IMG/VR virus record: IMGVR_UViG_2529293240_000020
Span: 1-25,044 of that record
Length of the DNA stretch: 25,044 nucleotides
Source: a virus
Taxonomy: Duplodnaviria; Heunggongvirae; Uroviricota; Caudoviricetes
Direction: 5' to 3' (one strand)
The first letter of the stretch is position 1, and every line of letters starts with the position of its first letter. Under the pieces are notes generated by a model. It was not told the origin of the DNA and ran no database searches. It was given only the letters and a program-made list of their open reading frames with translations. Shown in pieces: positions 8,419-17,233 of this stretch. Made by a program: the position numbers and the translations under genes.

Positions 8419-9324
8419 TTATGCCGGGGGGGTGATGTACGGGCTGTCCACGATCTCCACATCCTTGTACCAGATGTTGGAATCGCCGCCGTTAACCAGC
8501 ATGGCGTCAATAATGAGCTTCGCGTCCGCACGGTTTTTCGGCCCCACCACAAGGGTGGTCGGGCGGATGCCCAGCGGCTCACCGTTGGTGCCCTTCATGC
8601 CCCGCAGCAACTCATTGGCTTTTTTGTAGTTCTCCACCGTCAGTGCTGCACGGGAACCGACGGCGGTCTGCCAGAAGCCGAAGCCCGCATTACAGCGACC
8701 GTCCACGCCGTACAGGAACTCGTGGTTCTTGAAGGTGTGCTCGCTGTTCAGATCGTCCAGGGCTTCAAACTTAAAGGCGCGTCGCGTCTGCCAGATGATG
8801 GGTTTCAGCACCTGCGACTCATCAATCAGGAACCACGGTTCGCCCTTGTCTGATGCCGGGGTGCCGACAACGTTGCTGTACGTACCGTCACCCAGCGGGT
8901 GGTCTTCATCAAAGAAGTTCTGGCCGTCAAAGCACAGGGTGTTAAAACCGGCACACAACAGGGCGTAACACAGCTTGTCCGGGAACACAGCAGTCATACG
9001 GCCATAGCGTTCGGCGGTAATGCTGTACTGACCAATCTGGTCATCTTCAATGTGTTCACGCTTAACGCGAATGGAACTTTCCCAGAGTTTGTTGGTGATG
9101 GTGTAACCATAACCGTCCAGCGTTGCCAGCTGACGCTCACCGACCCATTCTTTGATGTCCGGTAAATCTTTCATCCAGCCGTAAGTGTTGGAGGCGGACG
9201 AACTCGGCACCTCAGAAGCAATACGATTCCACTGCGGTTCGACACCACTCAGTCCACGGGTAAAGGCGGCGCTCAGGCAGGTGGTCAGTGCATGAAGGAT
9301 TTCAGAACTGATAGTCTGTGACAT
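8419..9324 (-). CDS. Major head (capsid) subunit, Mu gpT-like, 301 aa
   Basis: Length and sequence typical of Mu-like major head subunits; position after the protease/scaffold gene. Confidence 0.8.
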   Translation of the reverse strand: MSQTISSEILHALTTCLSAAFTRGLSGVEPQWNRIASEVPSSSASNTYGWMKDLPDIKEWVGERQLATLDGYGYTITNKLWESSIRVKREHIEDDQIGQYSITAERYGRMTAVFPDKLCYALLCAGFNTLCFDGQNFFDEDHPLGDGTYSNVVGTPASDKGEPWFLIDESQVLKPIIWQTRRAFKFEALDDLNSEHTFKNHEFLYGVDGRCNAGFGFWQTAVGSRAALTVENYKKANELLRGMKGTNGEPLGIRPTTLVVGPKNRADAKLIIDAMLVNGGDSNIWYKDVEIVDSPYITPPA

Positions 9325-9331
9325 GTGTTAC

Positions 9332-10288
9332 TTACTCCTGTTTCGGTTTAGCGGCGAGGAACTCTTCCCCGGTAATACCCATGCTGCGACACATCGCCAG
9401 TTCGGCATCGGTCAGTGTCTGCGCGGGTTTATCCTTGCCCTGGCTGGGCTTGTCGTTGTTAACCAGCGGCTGTGCACCTTTGGTGTACTCCGCAAACTGT
9501 TTGCGGCCTTCTTCCGTGCGGCAGGTGGCAAGGAACATGTCACGGTTTGCCGGGGCGACTTTTCCGGCCCCGATGGCCGCATCCACAAGCGCCTCGGCTT
9601 CCTTCTCTTCCAGTTGCTGAAGGCGTTTTTCTGCGGTTTCGGCACGGTTCAGTGCCAAATTGTGGGTTTCCACCGGCACAAACTTCGTCAGGTCAGGTGT
9701 CTGTGCGCGGTTCAGCGCCACCTGTTCGTTCTCCTGAAGTTGTTTAATGGCGGCCACGGTATCGTCCACCGTGGCGGATTCAGCCAGCCCAAGCAGGCCG
9801 GTGATTTGCACAGGTACTGTCATCGGGTTTTTCTCCGTATTCAGTGCAGGAAAATCCAGGTTAGGTTTGTTGGTCAGCCCGACGCTGGACAGGCGCGTCA
9901 CCGCACCGTCTGCGTCATGGAAAAACGCCGGGCTGTAATAGCGGTAGCGGCGCTCGCTCAGCATCCACCGGGCGGACTCACTCCAGACAACACGCCCTTC
10001 AATGGTGCCGCTGTCCGTCACCCGCAGTGCTTCCACCCAGCCATACGCCGGAGCCTCTTCACCCCGCGGGCCTTTAATTTCGGTGGCATGTTCAATGTCC
10101 ACCGGAATGTTGATGTCGGACGAACGGGCAACCACCTCATGTGGATTGCGGTTCATCCACGTCCGGCCATCGCGCCCGGTGAACTCACCCGCAGGAACGA
10201 GTTCAAGCCATTCCGGCAGTTGAGCGGGTGTCAGCTCAGGGATGGGTTCTGGCAGGGAAAAACACAGCGCCAGCAGTTCCGGTTGCAT
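9332..10288 (-). CDS. Head maturation protease / scaffold protein, Mu gpI-like, 318 aa
   Basis: Protease-like N-terminal half and coiled-coil, charged scaffold-like C-terminal half (EKRLQQLEEKEAEALV...); GGAG SD 9 nt upstream of ATG 10288. Confidence 0.7.
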   Translation of the reverse strand: MQPELLALCFSLPEPIPELTPAQLPEWLELVPAGEFTGRDGRTWMNRNPHEVVARSSDINIPVDIEHATEIKGPRGEEAPAYGWVEALRVTDSGTIEGRVVWSESARWMLSERRYRYYSPAFFHDADGAVTRLSSVGLTNKPNLDFPALNTEKNPMTVPVQITGLLGLAESATVDDTVAAIKQLQENEQVALNRAQTPDLTKFVPVETHNLALNRAETAEKRLQQLEEKEAEALVDAAIGAGKVAPANRDMFLATCRTEEGRKQFAEYTKGAQPLVNNDKPSQGKDKPAQTLTDAELAMCRSMGITGEEFLAAKPKQE

Positions 10289-10331
10289 GTCAGTCTCCGT
10301 CGTCTGGGGTTACCGACGGTCAGTATGCGGA

Positions 10332-10367
10332 AGGCAGAAAAAAAGCCGGATTTACCGGCTTCACTGA
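10332..10367 (-). promoter_or_regulatory. Copy B of a ~35-bp repeated dyad element (AAGCCGG-ATTTA-CCGGCTT hairpin plus T-run on the minus strand), 50 nt upstream of the protease gene start
   Basis: Near-identical to 17871..17906 (two substitutions and one A-run length difference); minus-strand RNA would fold as a 7-bp stem, 5-nt loop, followed by UUUUUU. Confidence 0.45.
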
Positions 10368-10502
10368 AAACGGGGAAATACCCCCTTCAAAACCCCTTCA
10401 AAAACGCCACGGACGCTTCAAAAAAGCCAGGGTGTACATTCATGCCATCAGAATAAAAAACGCGTTTCTGATGCGTTTCAGGGGCATTTACGGCGGGGAG
10501 GG

Positions 10503-11255
10503 TTATTCACTGTTAAAACGGGCCTGTCTGGCCGCCAGCTCCTGCTCACGGTTTATGCCGGGATTGTAGTTCCAGCCCGGATCAATCCCTTCCGGCACCT
10601 CTTCCTCTTCGCCCGTACGTTTGTTCACCCAGCGGACAGTTCTGATTTCCGGCGCTTCGGTGTGAATGGTGCCCTGTGCCGCCAGTTGCGCATACTCACC
10701 ACGGCTGACCTGACGGATGGTGCATTTGCAGCCCCAGCCGTTAGGGGCAAAATGCGTCTGCCAGAACGGATGCTCTACCGGCAGACACAGACGCGCCCAT
10801 TTCACATGCTCCACCCGGTGCTCACGGGATGGCCCCAGCTCGTACATCAGATACGGCATGGCCTGCTTTGTCCGCTGAATGCGTTCCCACTGGCCCGCCG
10901 CGCGGGCGGTGCGCATGTTGGTATCAAAAATCGTGCGGAGGCGGCGGTCGCTGCCCAGTTGCACGGTGCGGGTTTCACCCGTCAGCGGATCATCCATCTC
11001 CTGTACGCCCCACCATCCGCGTTTTATCAGCAACGGTTGCAGCATCTCCCGGAACTCGCTGAACGTCTGCCCGCTTTGCAGGGCGTCTTCCACAAGGGCT
11101 TTCACATCCGACAACAAATCCAGTTGCAGCATTCTGGCCACGGGGAAGCTGTACCGGTGCTCTTCCCGCCACACATCCCGGTAATCAAAACCGGGACGCA
11201 GCTTCTTCGCCTTCAGCCACGCCAGCGCCTCTTTCGGGATGAGGGTTTCACGCAT
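10503..11255 (-). CDS. Head morphogenesis protein, Mu gpF-like, ~250 aa from ATG at 11255
   Basis: Position after the portal gene; ATG at 11255 overlaps the portal stop by 8 nt (the track ORF extends to 11312). Confidence 0.65.
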   Translation of the reverse strand: MRETLIPKEALAWLKAKKLRPGFDYRDVWREEHRYSFPVARMLQLDLLSDVKALVEDALQSGQTFSEFREMLQPLLIKRGWWGVQEMDDPLTGETRTVQLGSDRRLRTIFDTNMRTARAAGQWERIQRTKQAMPYLMYELGPSREHRVEHVKWARLCLPVEHPFWQTHFAPNGWGCKCTIRQVSRGEYAQLAAQGTIHTEAPEIRTVRWVNKRTGEEEEVPEGIDPGWNYNPGINREQELAARQARFNSE

Positions 11256-12819
11256 GAGCAGTGTCTCCCAGCGCACGCGCCTTAAAGCACACCTCCGCCA
11301 GTTGCAGGGCAAAGTCGTCCGCGTTCAGCGTTTCCTGAAGCTCAGGCAGGCGTTTCAGAAAGTCATCAAAACTGTCGCACTCCTGCGCCAGTGTCAGCAC
11401 CGGGTTCGTGAACGCCTCGCCGGTTTTCTGCCAGTCACGCAGGGCATCATCCACCATCTGTGCCAGTTCGTCGGGGTGTTCCCTGTTCAGGGCGACGCGC
11501 TCGCGGTTCATCGCCATATCACCCGGCATCCCGGCAGACACCGGATGCAGAACATCAGCCCCTTCGTCTGGCTCAGCCAGGCCGAACCGGTCCCGCAGCG
11601 CCGACTCCTGAACCCGCATCCCCCGGTCAATCAGCGCCACCAGAGCATCTGTCAGCGCCTTCAGATCTTCGGCTTCACTGATACGCAGAACAACACGGGG
11701 GTAGTGCGCCTGTGGCCCGTAGTTGGCCTCGATGTAGGGCCGCACCAGATATTCATTCAGCGTGTTAGCCAGCTGCCGCGCGTCCCAGCGCACAATGTCC
11801 ATGCGCACCTGATTGTGCACGTCCGCCTGTGAACGCGAACTGCCGTTATCCGTGGTCATGGTCTGCCCCAGCACAGCCTTACTGATTTGCGCATCACACC
11901 ATTCCGCCATTTCACGGAACAGTGCGCCGCCGTTATTCCGGCTGGCGGTTTCCTGCATCTCCAGTTGCATGGACTGCGGAATGGCACACCCGGCATCCGA
12001 GGCAATGGAGGCAATCGCATCAATCAGTACGCGGATTTGCTCCTCCGTGGCGTTGGGACCGTATTTCCCCACCGTGACCGGAATGCCGAATTTTTCCGCG
12101 AATGCCCACCAGTCACGCACGGTAAAGGATTTCAGCATGTACATTACCGCCACCAGACGGGCCAGACCGTTACGCAGCGGCAGACCGGATTTCAGGCGCG
12201 GCTGGTGAACAATGAATTTTCCCGGTGTCAGTGGTACACCATCCACCGGTTCATCATCCGTCAGCAGGCGGAACTGGCGCAGTGTGGGCTTTTCGGCTTT
12301 CAGAAAACGGGGATCAACCCACTCATAATCACGGGGCACCCAGTGATTGTTACGGGTGTTCCACAGAATTTCACAGACCGCCACGCCTTTTCCCAGCCCG
12401 TCGAGCAGATCAAACATCAGCTCGGGGATTTGCGGGGCTTCCATCAGCGCACGGATGGCGTCCGCCAGCTGCACGTCAGCATCGTCATCACTGGCCGCCA
12501 CCACCACCGGTTCGATACCCGCCACCGTCAGCTTGCGGGTGCGCAGTACCGAGGCGTAATGCAAATCGCGTTCTTCCATCTCTTCAGCAAGGATAAAAAA
12601 ATCACGCGTGATACCGTCGGCGGCATTGCGCAGAATACCGGCCAGTCTGCCGGGATTCAGCCCGGAGGCGATGCTGATGCCCGGAGAGGCCGGACGCACA
12701 CCCGCCTGACGCGGACGGGCCTGTACTTCATCGAGCCTCTCTTTTTTCAGCGTGTCTTCCTCACCGGTTGCCGGGTTCAGCAGACGGCGAACGGCCCCGG
12801 CCAGTTGTTTCAGGTTCAC
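11248..12819 (-). CDS. Portal protein, Mu gp29-like, 523 aa
   Basis: Size and position immediately after the large terminase gene with ATGA-type overlap. Confidence 0.8.
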   Translation of the reverse strand: MNLKQLAGAVRRLLNPATGEEDTLKKERLDEVQARPRQAGVRPASPGISIASGLNPGRLAGILRNAADGITRDFFILAEEMEERDLHYASVLRTRKLTVAGIEPVVVAASDDDADVQLADAIRALMEAPQIPELMFDLLDGLGKGVAVCEILWNTRNNHWVPRDYEWVDPRFLKAEKPTLRQFRLLTDDEPVDGVPLTPGKFIVHQPRLKSGLPLRNGLARLVAVMYMLKSFTVRDWWAFAEKFGIPVTVGKYGPNATEEQIRVLIDAIASIASDAGCAIPQSMQLEMQETASRNNGGALFREMAEWCDAQISKAVLGQTMTTDNGSSRSQADVHNQVRMDIVRWDARQLANTLNEYLVRPYIEANYGPQAHYPRVVLRISEAEDLKALTDALVALIDRGMRVQESALRDRFGLAEPDEGADVLHPVSAGMPGDMAMNRERVALNREHPDELAQMVDDALRDWQKTGEAFTNPVLTLAQECDSFDDFLKRLPELQETLNADDFALQLAEVCFKARALGDTAHA

Positions 12820-14351
12820 AGTAAACCTCCCTCATTTTTCAGGCCACGCGTCAGCTTCATCTGGCGGCGTGCGTTGCGCTCTTCCGGTTTCGCCGGGCGG
12901 TTCAGGCGGTGCAGCTCGTAACGGTGGCAGTCATCTTTACTGGCAAGGAAGCCCAGGAAAATAGCCACAGCGGCGTCGCCGTGACGCTTGCGGCCATCGC
13001 TGCCTTTAGTACGGGCATCGTCAATACCGGGAACGCCACGCAGTAACTGAATGGCCCCGAGGTCATTGATCACGTCTTCATGCTTCGGAAGGATCAGCTC
13101 ATCATCTTCAAACGCCGCACGGAAACGGGGCATGTTTTCGCGGTAGAACGCCACGGACAGCATCACCTGTTCCACCTCGTCGCCGTATCGTTCTGCCGCC
13201 TGTTCTGCCAGATACTGACCATTACCCCGCGCATCCATTTTGATACCGTCACGACGGGGCAGACGATCGCAAAGCCAGAACAGCACCTGCTCCTGCTGTT
13301 TAAACGGCACATTGGCAAGCTCAACCAGAAACGGCACCTCGCGGGTGGTGTCGTCGTTCACCGTCACCGGGGCCAGCACGGTCAGGTCACCCGAACGCGC
13401 AAAGTCTTCCCCCAGACAGTGGCGCAGATTCTTCGGGAGTTTTTCCAGCTCGGGGCGCACCACCGTTTCCAGCCATTCCCGGATATCTGCCCGGCGCTGA
13501 CTTTCCGTCAGTGCGTTAAATTCCGGTGTGCCGGTAAAGCGCAAGACTTTCCCGGTGCCACGGGCCGCACGTTCACGCAGTGAGCGGGGGATATACGTGC
13601 CGCCGCCGTTTTTCGGGACGCAGTAATATTCCTCCAGCGCATCTTCGCGGGTGGCGGTATTTCGCAGCAGGCCTTCTTTCCATTCGGCCTCGGCTTCCGG
13701 TGACCACACCATGCCGCGCACCTGACAGATACGCCGGTACAGCCCGTCATTGCAGGCATCATCCAGCGTGATGGTGTGAATACGGTAATCTTTTTTGCCT
13801 GCGCGGCTTTCCTGAATCAGCTGGTTAAACGGGTTGTCCACGCCGTCATGGGTGGAGATAAGGCGAACCTTACCGCCCCACGTGGTCAGTGGTGTGACCG
13901 CTTTGAGTACCTCATCCAGCTTTTCATGAAACGCCGCTTCGTCGATGGTGACATTCCCCTGCATCCCGCGAATGTTGCCCGGATTACTGGACAGCGCCTT
14001 GACCTTAAATCCGCTGGCGAAGTACACGACGAACGTCAGAATGTCCTTGTCTTCGTCGGTGATCACTTCCTCGCGGATTTCTTCCGCGGCTGCATTAAAC
14101 GCTTTTGCCCACATCGCCACGGCGTCGATAAATTCGCGGGCCATCTCCTTATTCGAACCGATGTAAAAGTGATCGCATCCGCCGTTTTCCTTCTTCAGTG
14201 ATGCGGTCAGTGCCGCATCTGCCGCTTCCGCCCAGGTTAAACCGGTACGGCGGGATTTTTCGGCGATTTTCAGTTTTGAATCATCCGCCACCCAGCGTTT
14301 CTGATACGGCAGCAGAACATCGGATTCACTGAATGCGTTCATCTGTGTCAT
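12816..14351 (-). CDS. Terminase large subunit, Mu gp28-like, 511 aa
   Basis: Size, ATPase-like N-terminal region and acidic nuclease-like C-terminal region, position upstream of the portal gene. Confidence 0.8.
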   Translation of the reverse strand: MTQMNAFSESDVLLPYQKRWVADDSKLKIAEKSRRTGLTWAEAADAALTASLKKENGGCDHFYIGSNKEMAREFIDAVAMWAKAFNAAAEEIREEVITDEDKDILTFVVYFASGFKVKALSSNPGNIRGMQGNVTIDEAAFHEKLDEVLKAVTPLTTWGGKVRLISTHDGVDNPFNQLIQESRAGKKDYRIHTITLDDACNDGLYRRICQVRGMVWSPEAEAEWKEGLLRNTATREDALEEYYCVPKNGGGTYIPRSLRERAARGTGKVLRFTGTPEFNALTESQRRADIREWLETVVRPELEKLPKNLRHCLGEDFARSGDLTVLAPVTVNDDTTREVPFLVELANVPFKQQEQVLFWLCDRLPRRDGIKMDARGNGQYLAEQAAERYGDEVEQVMLSVAFYRENMPRFRAAFEDDELILPKHEDVINDLGAIQLLRGVPGIDDARTKGSDGRKRHGDAAVAIFLGFLASKDDCHRYELHRLNRPAKPEERNARRQMKLTRGLKNEGGLL

Positions 14352-14929
14352 ACACTAATCCCCAGAATTTCACGTTTGATGGTGTCAGCCGCACCGCCTG
14401 ACAGACCGCCCGCTCTGACCAGCTCTTCGGTTTTCTCTGCCATTTCCTGCGCAAACGCATCGCGGATTGCTTTTTCGCGTTTATGGCTGGTCATGGCTGC
14501 CGCTTCCAGACGCTGGGCAACCAACGCCAGTTGCCCCAGCGCCTTCGGTGCAACAGGTTTGTCGTCTTCTGTCATCGACATGGACGTTTCAAAGGCCAGC
14601 GTTTTTACAAACTCCATCAGCAGCCTGCCGACATCTAACGTCGGCGCGGAACCCAGCTTTGCCGCCCAGACTTCGGCCATTTCGCGGGAGGCGCGGATTT
14701 TTGCCCCGACTTTTTCCATGCGGCTGGCATAGCGGTTTAAGCCCGTCCGGCTTAACTGCATCCCCCCCGGCAGGTTATGTTCGTCAATCAGGGCATTGAT
14801 GGCTTCGCGGATTTCTTCCTGCGTGTGCCGCTTTTCCCGCAGCATCTGGTGTAACTGCTCACGGATGCTGTCCGGGAGTAAATCCACTTTGGAAAGACGG
14901 CCACGGGTGGGGCGTTGTTCATTTTCCAT
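14348..14929 (-). CDS. Putative small terminase / DNA-binding protein, Mu gp27-like, 193 aa
   Basis: Immediately upstream of and overlapping the large terminase gene; charged helical protein. Confidence 0.5.
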   Translation of the reverse strand: MENEQRPTRGRLSKVDLLPDSIREQLHQMLREKRHTQEEIREAINALIDEHNLPGGMQLSRTGLNRYASRMEKVGAKIRASREMAEVWAAKLGSAPTLDVGRLLMEFVKTLAFETSMSMTEDDKPVAPKALGQLALVAQRLEAAAMTSHKREKAIRDAFAQEMAEKTEELVRAGGLSGGAADTIKREILGISV

Positions 14930-15206
14930 CTTCTGTCCTCTGTGTTTTCAGACCGGCGTATATTTCTTCACGAACGGACTGAATATCCTTACCCAGCAGC
15001 TTCCACAGCCGCGCATATGCCGGTGATGAACGCAGGGCACGTTTCACGGGGGTATCCGGTGCATCCGGGTTCCAGGGCTTTCCGGTCTGTTGTTCGTATG
15101 TACGGACAATGGCGTTTTGCTCGATATCTGCCAGCACAAGGCAGTACGCCAGCTGCCGCACGACGGCCCGTTCTCCACGACTTAACGGCTTCAGTTTTCG
15201 GGCCAT
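14919..15206 (-). CDS. Hypothetical phage protein, 95 aa, basic
   Basis: ORF with ATG start, overlaps the downstream gene start by 11 nt, same-strand operon context. Confidence 0.4.
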   Translation of the reverse strand: MARKLKPLSRGERAVVRQLAYCLVLADIEQNAIVRTYEQQTGKPWNPDAPDTPVKRALRSSPAYARLWKLLGKDIQSVREEIYAGLKTQRTEDGK

Positions 15207-15208
15207 GT

Positions 15209-15502
15209 TCAGTCCCTCGCACGGGGTTTTTTAACGCCCGGCACACCGGACAGGCCGTTTGCCACATCCTCGCCGCTGCCGGTGATTTCAGCCACGTAAC
15301 AGCCGCCCACATCAGACAGACGAACCAGCCCCTGCTCGCGCAGCCATGCAAGCTGGGTGCGCACCACATCACGGGATACCTTATGACCGTAGGCCTGAAG
15401 GCAGGTCTGCAACACGGATTCATTCGCGCTGTCGCCACAGTCCAGCAGGGAACGCAGCAACACCAGACGACGGTCTTCAGTGAGGATCTCTTTCATCGCC
15501 AT
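15209..15502 (-). CDS. Hypothetical phage protein, 97 aa, possible winged-helix DNA-binding fold
   Basis: ORF in operon context; ATG at 15502 or 15496. Confidence 0.4.
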   Translation of the reverse strand: MAMKEILTEDRRLVLLRSLLDCGDSANESVLQTCLQAYGHKVSRDVVRTQLAWLREQGLVRLSDVGGCYVAEITGSGEDVANGLSGVPGVKKPRARD

Positions 15503-15806
15503 TAATTTTTTCCTTTAATTCGTTCTCTAATAACAAATCGCTGATGCGGGATACCTGGCGGATGGATGGCCCCAGCTCTTTGATTTCACCCCGCAGGTTG
15601 CTGATATCCAGTTGCAGGCGGTGAAATTCATTGCGGTCGGGTAGCTGATTCACCAGGCCTTCCATCACCGACACGCGGGAACGCAGCGAATCAAACTCTT
15701 CGCGTTTGACGTAAGTCTTCGCCAGAATCAACTGGAGAAAGTTAATCCCCGTCATCAGCAATGCCCACAGAATGGGCCAGTTGGCTCTGATCACTTCCCA
15801 GGACAC
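15477..15806 (-). CDS. Membrane protein with N-terminal transmembrane helix (WPILWALLMTGINFLQLIL) and coiled coil; possible lysis accessory protein (Mu gp25/releasin-like or i-spanin-like). Start ambiguous: GTG 15806 or GTG 15794, the latter forming a GTGA overlap with the traR-like stop
   Basis: Hydrophobic N-terminus followed by a heptad-like charged region; position in the lysis cassette. Confidence 0.4.
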   Translation of the reverse strand: MSWEVIRANWPILWALLMTGINFLQLILAKTYVKREEFDSLRSRVSVMEGLVNQLPDRNEFHRLQLDISNLRGEIKELGPSIRQVSRISDLLLENELKEKINGDERDPH

Positions 15807-16018
15807 GTTTTCCTCCTGCGCTCCCGCGCCTGCTGACAGTCAATACAGGTCACCACATCAGGCAGTGCCGCAAGGCGCTGTGCCGGAATAACGTTCCCGC
15901 AGTCATTGCAGAAGCCCCGACTGTGGGGTGCTTCTTTTATCCGCATCAGCCAGGCGTTAACGACGTCCTGACGTTCGTTTAAAACCACTTCACTGATGCG
16001 GTCGGTTTCATCGGTCAT
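15791..16018 (-). CDS. TraR/DksA-family C4 zinc-finger protein, 75 aa
   Basis: CNDCGNVIP...(17 aa)...CIDCQ four-cysteine motif and size typical of phage TraR-like proteins; ATGA overlap with the upstream gene. Confidence 0.7.
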   Translation of the reverse strand: MTDETDRISEVVLNERQDVVNAWLMRIKEAPHSRGFCNDCGNVIPAQRLAALPDVVTCIDCQQARERRRKTCPGK

Positions 16019-16623
16019 TTCGGCCCCGCTGATATTTTGTGACAGCTCGATTTGCTGTAACGGGCAAAGCCGTCAAGGGTTCTTACCCCGAGATAGCCCA
16101 GCGCCGGGGTAAACAACATCAGCGTGATATCCCAGTCCGGTGACGGCATATGCAGCGTGATACCGTTCGCACCGGCAACCGCACCGGCAATCTGGCCACA
16201 GGAGAGCAACAGCACATAGGCCAGACTGCTGTAACAGGACAGACGGGCCAGCAACGGGCGCGTCTGGCGCACATAGCTGTCCGTGGCGTTGTCACCGTTG
16301 CGGATGGTTTCCTGTTGTTCGTGGTGAGCGGCCTGCTGGTCAGCCAGCACCAGCTTCTGCCGCTCCACCTCCAGCTGTTGCAGCTGGACTTTCAGGGTTT
16401 CCAGCTGCACCAGTTGCTCCGGTGACAGCATCACCAGTTTTTGTTCCAGAATGCGTTGCTGTTCAGCCACCGGCAGGCTTTCCCGGACGCTTTCCACCAT
16501 ACCGGCCACCGAGTCAGCGGCGGCAGATGTGCTGCCACCAAACCAGCGCCCGACGGAACGAATCAGCCCCGGCCCGGCTTTCAGCAGAACGGAGGCGATG
16601 CCTGAAAGGGTTAACGGGTCCAT
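16015..16623 (-). CDS. Phage membrane protein, 202 aa: soluble coiled-coil N-terminal region and hydrophobic C-terminal segments; possible holin-like or lysis-associated protein
   Basis: Hydrophobic stretches LSCYSSLAYVLLLSCGQIAGAVAGA and ITLMLFTPALGYLGV; position downstream of the endolysin gene. Confidence 0.45.
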   Translation of the reverse strand: MDPLTLSGIASVLLKAGPGLIRSVGRWFGGSTSAAADSVAGMVESVRESLPVAEQQRILEQKLVMLSPEQLVQLETLKVQLQQLEVERQKLVLADQQAAHHEQQETIRNGDNATDSYVRQTRPLLARLSCYSSLAYVLLLSCGQIAGAVAGANGITLHMPSPDWDITLMLFTPALGYLGVRTLDGFARYSKSSCHKISAGPK

Positions 16624-17021
16624 GAATCCCCCTTATGAAAACGGCGCTGATGTTTATAAAGTGCCGCACAAAAGATACCGCCCAGCCAGAACGCCAGCTG
16701 ATAAGGCTCCTTCAGATAAAGAAGGCCGAATGTCAGCATGAAAAAACCAACGGCCCAGACCACCCATGACCACACGACAATTCGAAGGGAGGCGGCCCGG
16801 AAACGCCTTTTGGGTTGCAGGCGATAAGGTACGTTGCCCAGCTGGAAACTGTGAATCAGGCAGAGTGTCGCGCCGTATGCCAGCACCATGACCGCAAACG
16901 CCCGCCATCCGGCAAAACAGCTCGCCAGAAAAAGTACTGCCGACAGCCCCAGAAACGACCACTGGCACAACATAAAGCGGGAGTAAATAACGCGAACAAA
17001 AAGACTATTCATTCTGTGCAT
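16611..17021 (-). CDS. Integral membrane protein with four predicted transmembrane segments, ~136 aa from ATG 17021; holin candidate
   Basis: Four hydrophobic helices; the likely start overlaps the stop of the upstream small ORF. Confidence 0.45.
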   Translation of the reverse strand: MHRMNSLFVRVIYSRFMLCQWSFLGLSAVLFLASCFAGWRAFAVMVLAYGATLCLIHSFQLGNVPYRLQPKRRFRAASLRIVVWSWVVWAVGFFMLTFGLLYLKEPYQLAFWLGGIFCAALYKHQRRFHKGDSWTR

Positions 17022-17232
17022 TGAGTTTTTCCTTGTACTTCTGGCACTGCCAGAAAATGTCCCGTGTATCCACGGTGTTCCAGCCACGCATGTAGTAGCT
17101 GGCGTGTGTGCCGTCATGGCCGGTATAGTCCAGCGGTTTCGGAGGCGGACCTCCGGCCATACGGTGCAGAACCTCCTGACGCAGGCGGTCGCGTCGCCCG
17201 GCTTTCAGTGAGGCATCCCAGCCTTTGCCCAT
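17005..17232 (-). CDS. Hypothetical small phage protein, 75 aa, no transmembrane segment
   Basis: ATG one nucleotide after the endolysin stop (TGA-T-ATG); operon context. Confidence 0.4.
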   Translation of the reverse strand: MGKGWDASLKAGRRDRLRQEVLHRMAGGPPPKPLDYTGHDGTHASYYMRGWNTVDTRDIFWQCQKYKEKLNAQNE

Positions 17233-17233
17233 A

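Noticed and set aside
9323-10456. Long plus-strand ORF (377 aa) and similar plus-strand ORFs at 4295..5137, 5411..6133, 6377..7084, 10662..11285, 11239..11832, 11887..12921
   Set aside because: All lie antisense to minus-strand phage structural genes with clear product identities and operon-style overlaps; their translations are Arg/His/Gln-rich and low-complexity, as expected for chance antisense frames in GC-rich DNA.
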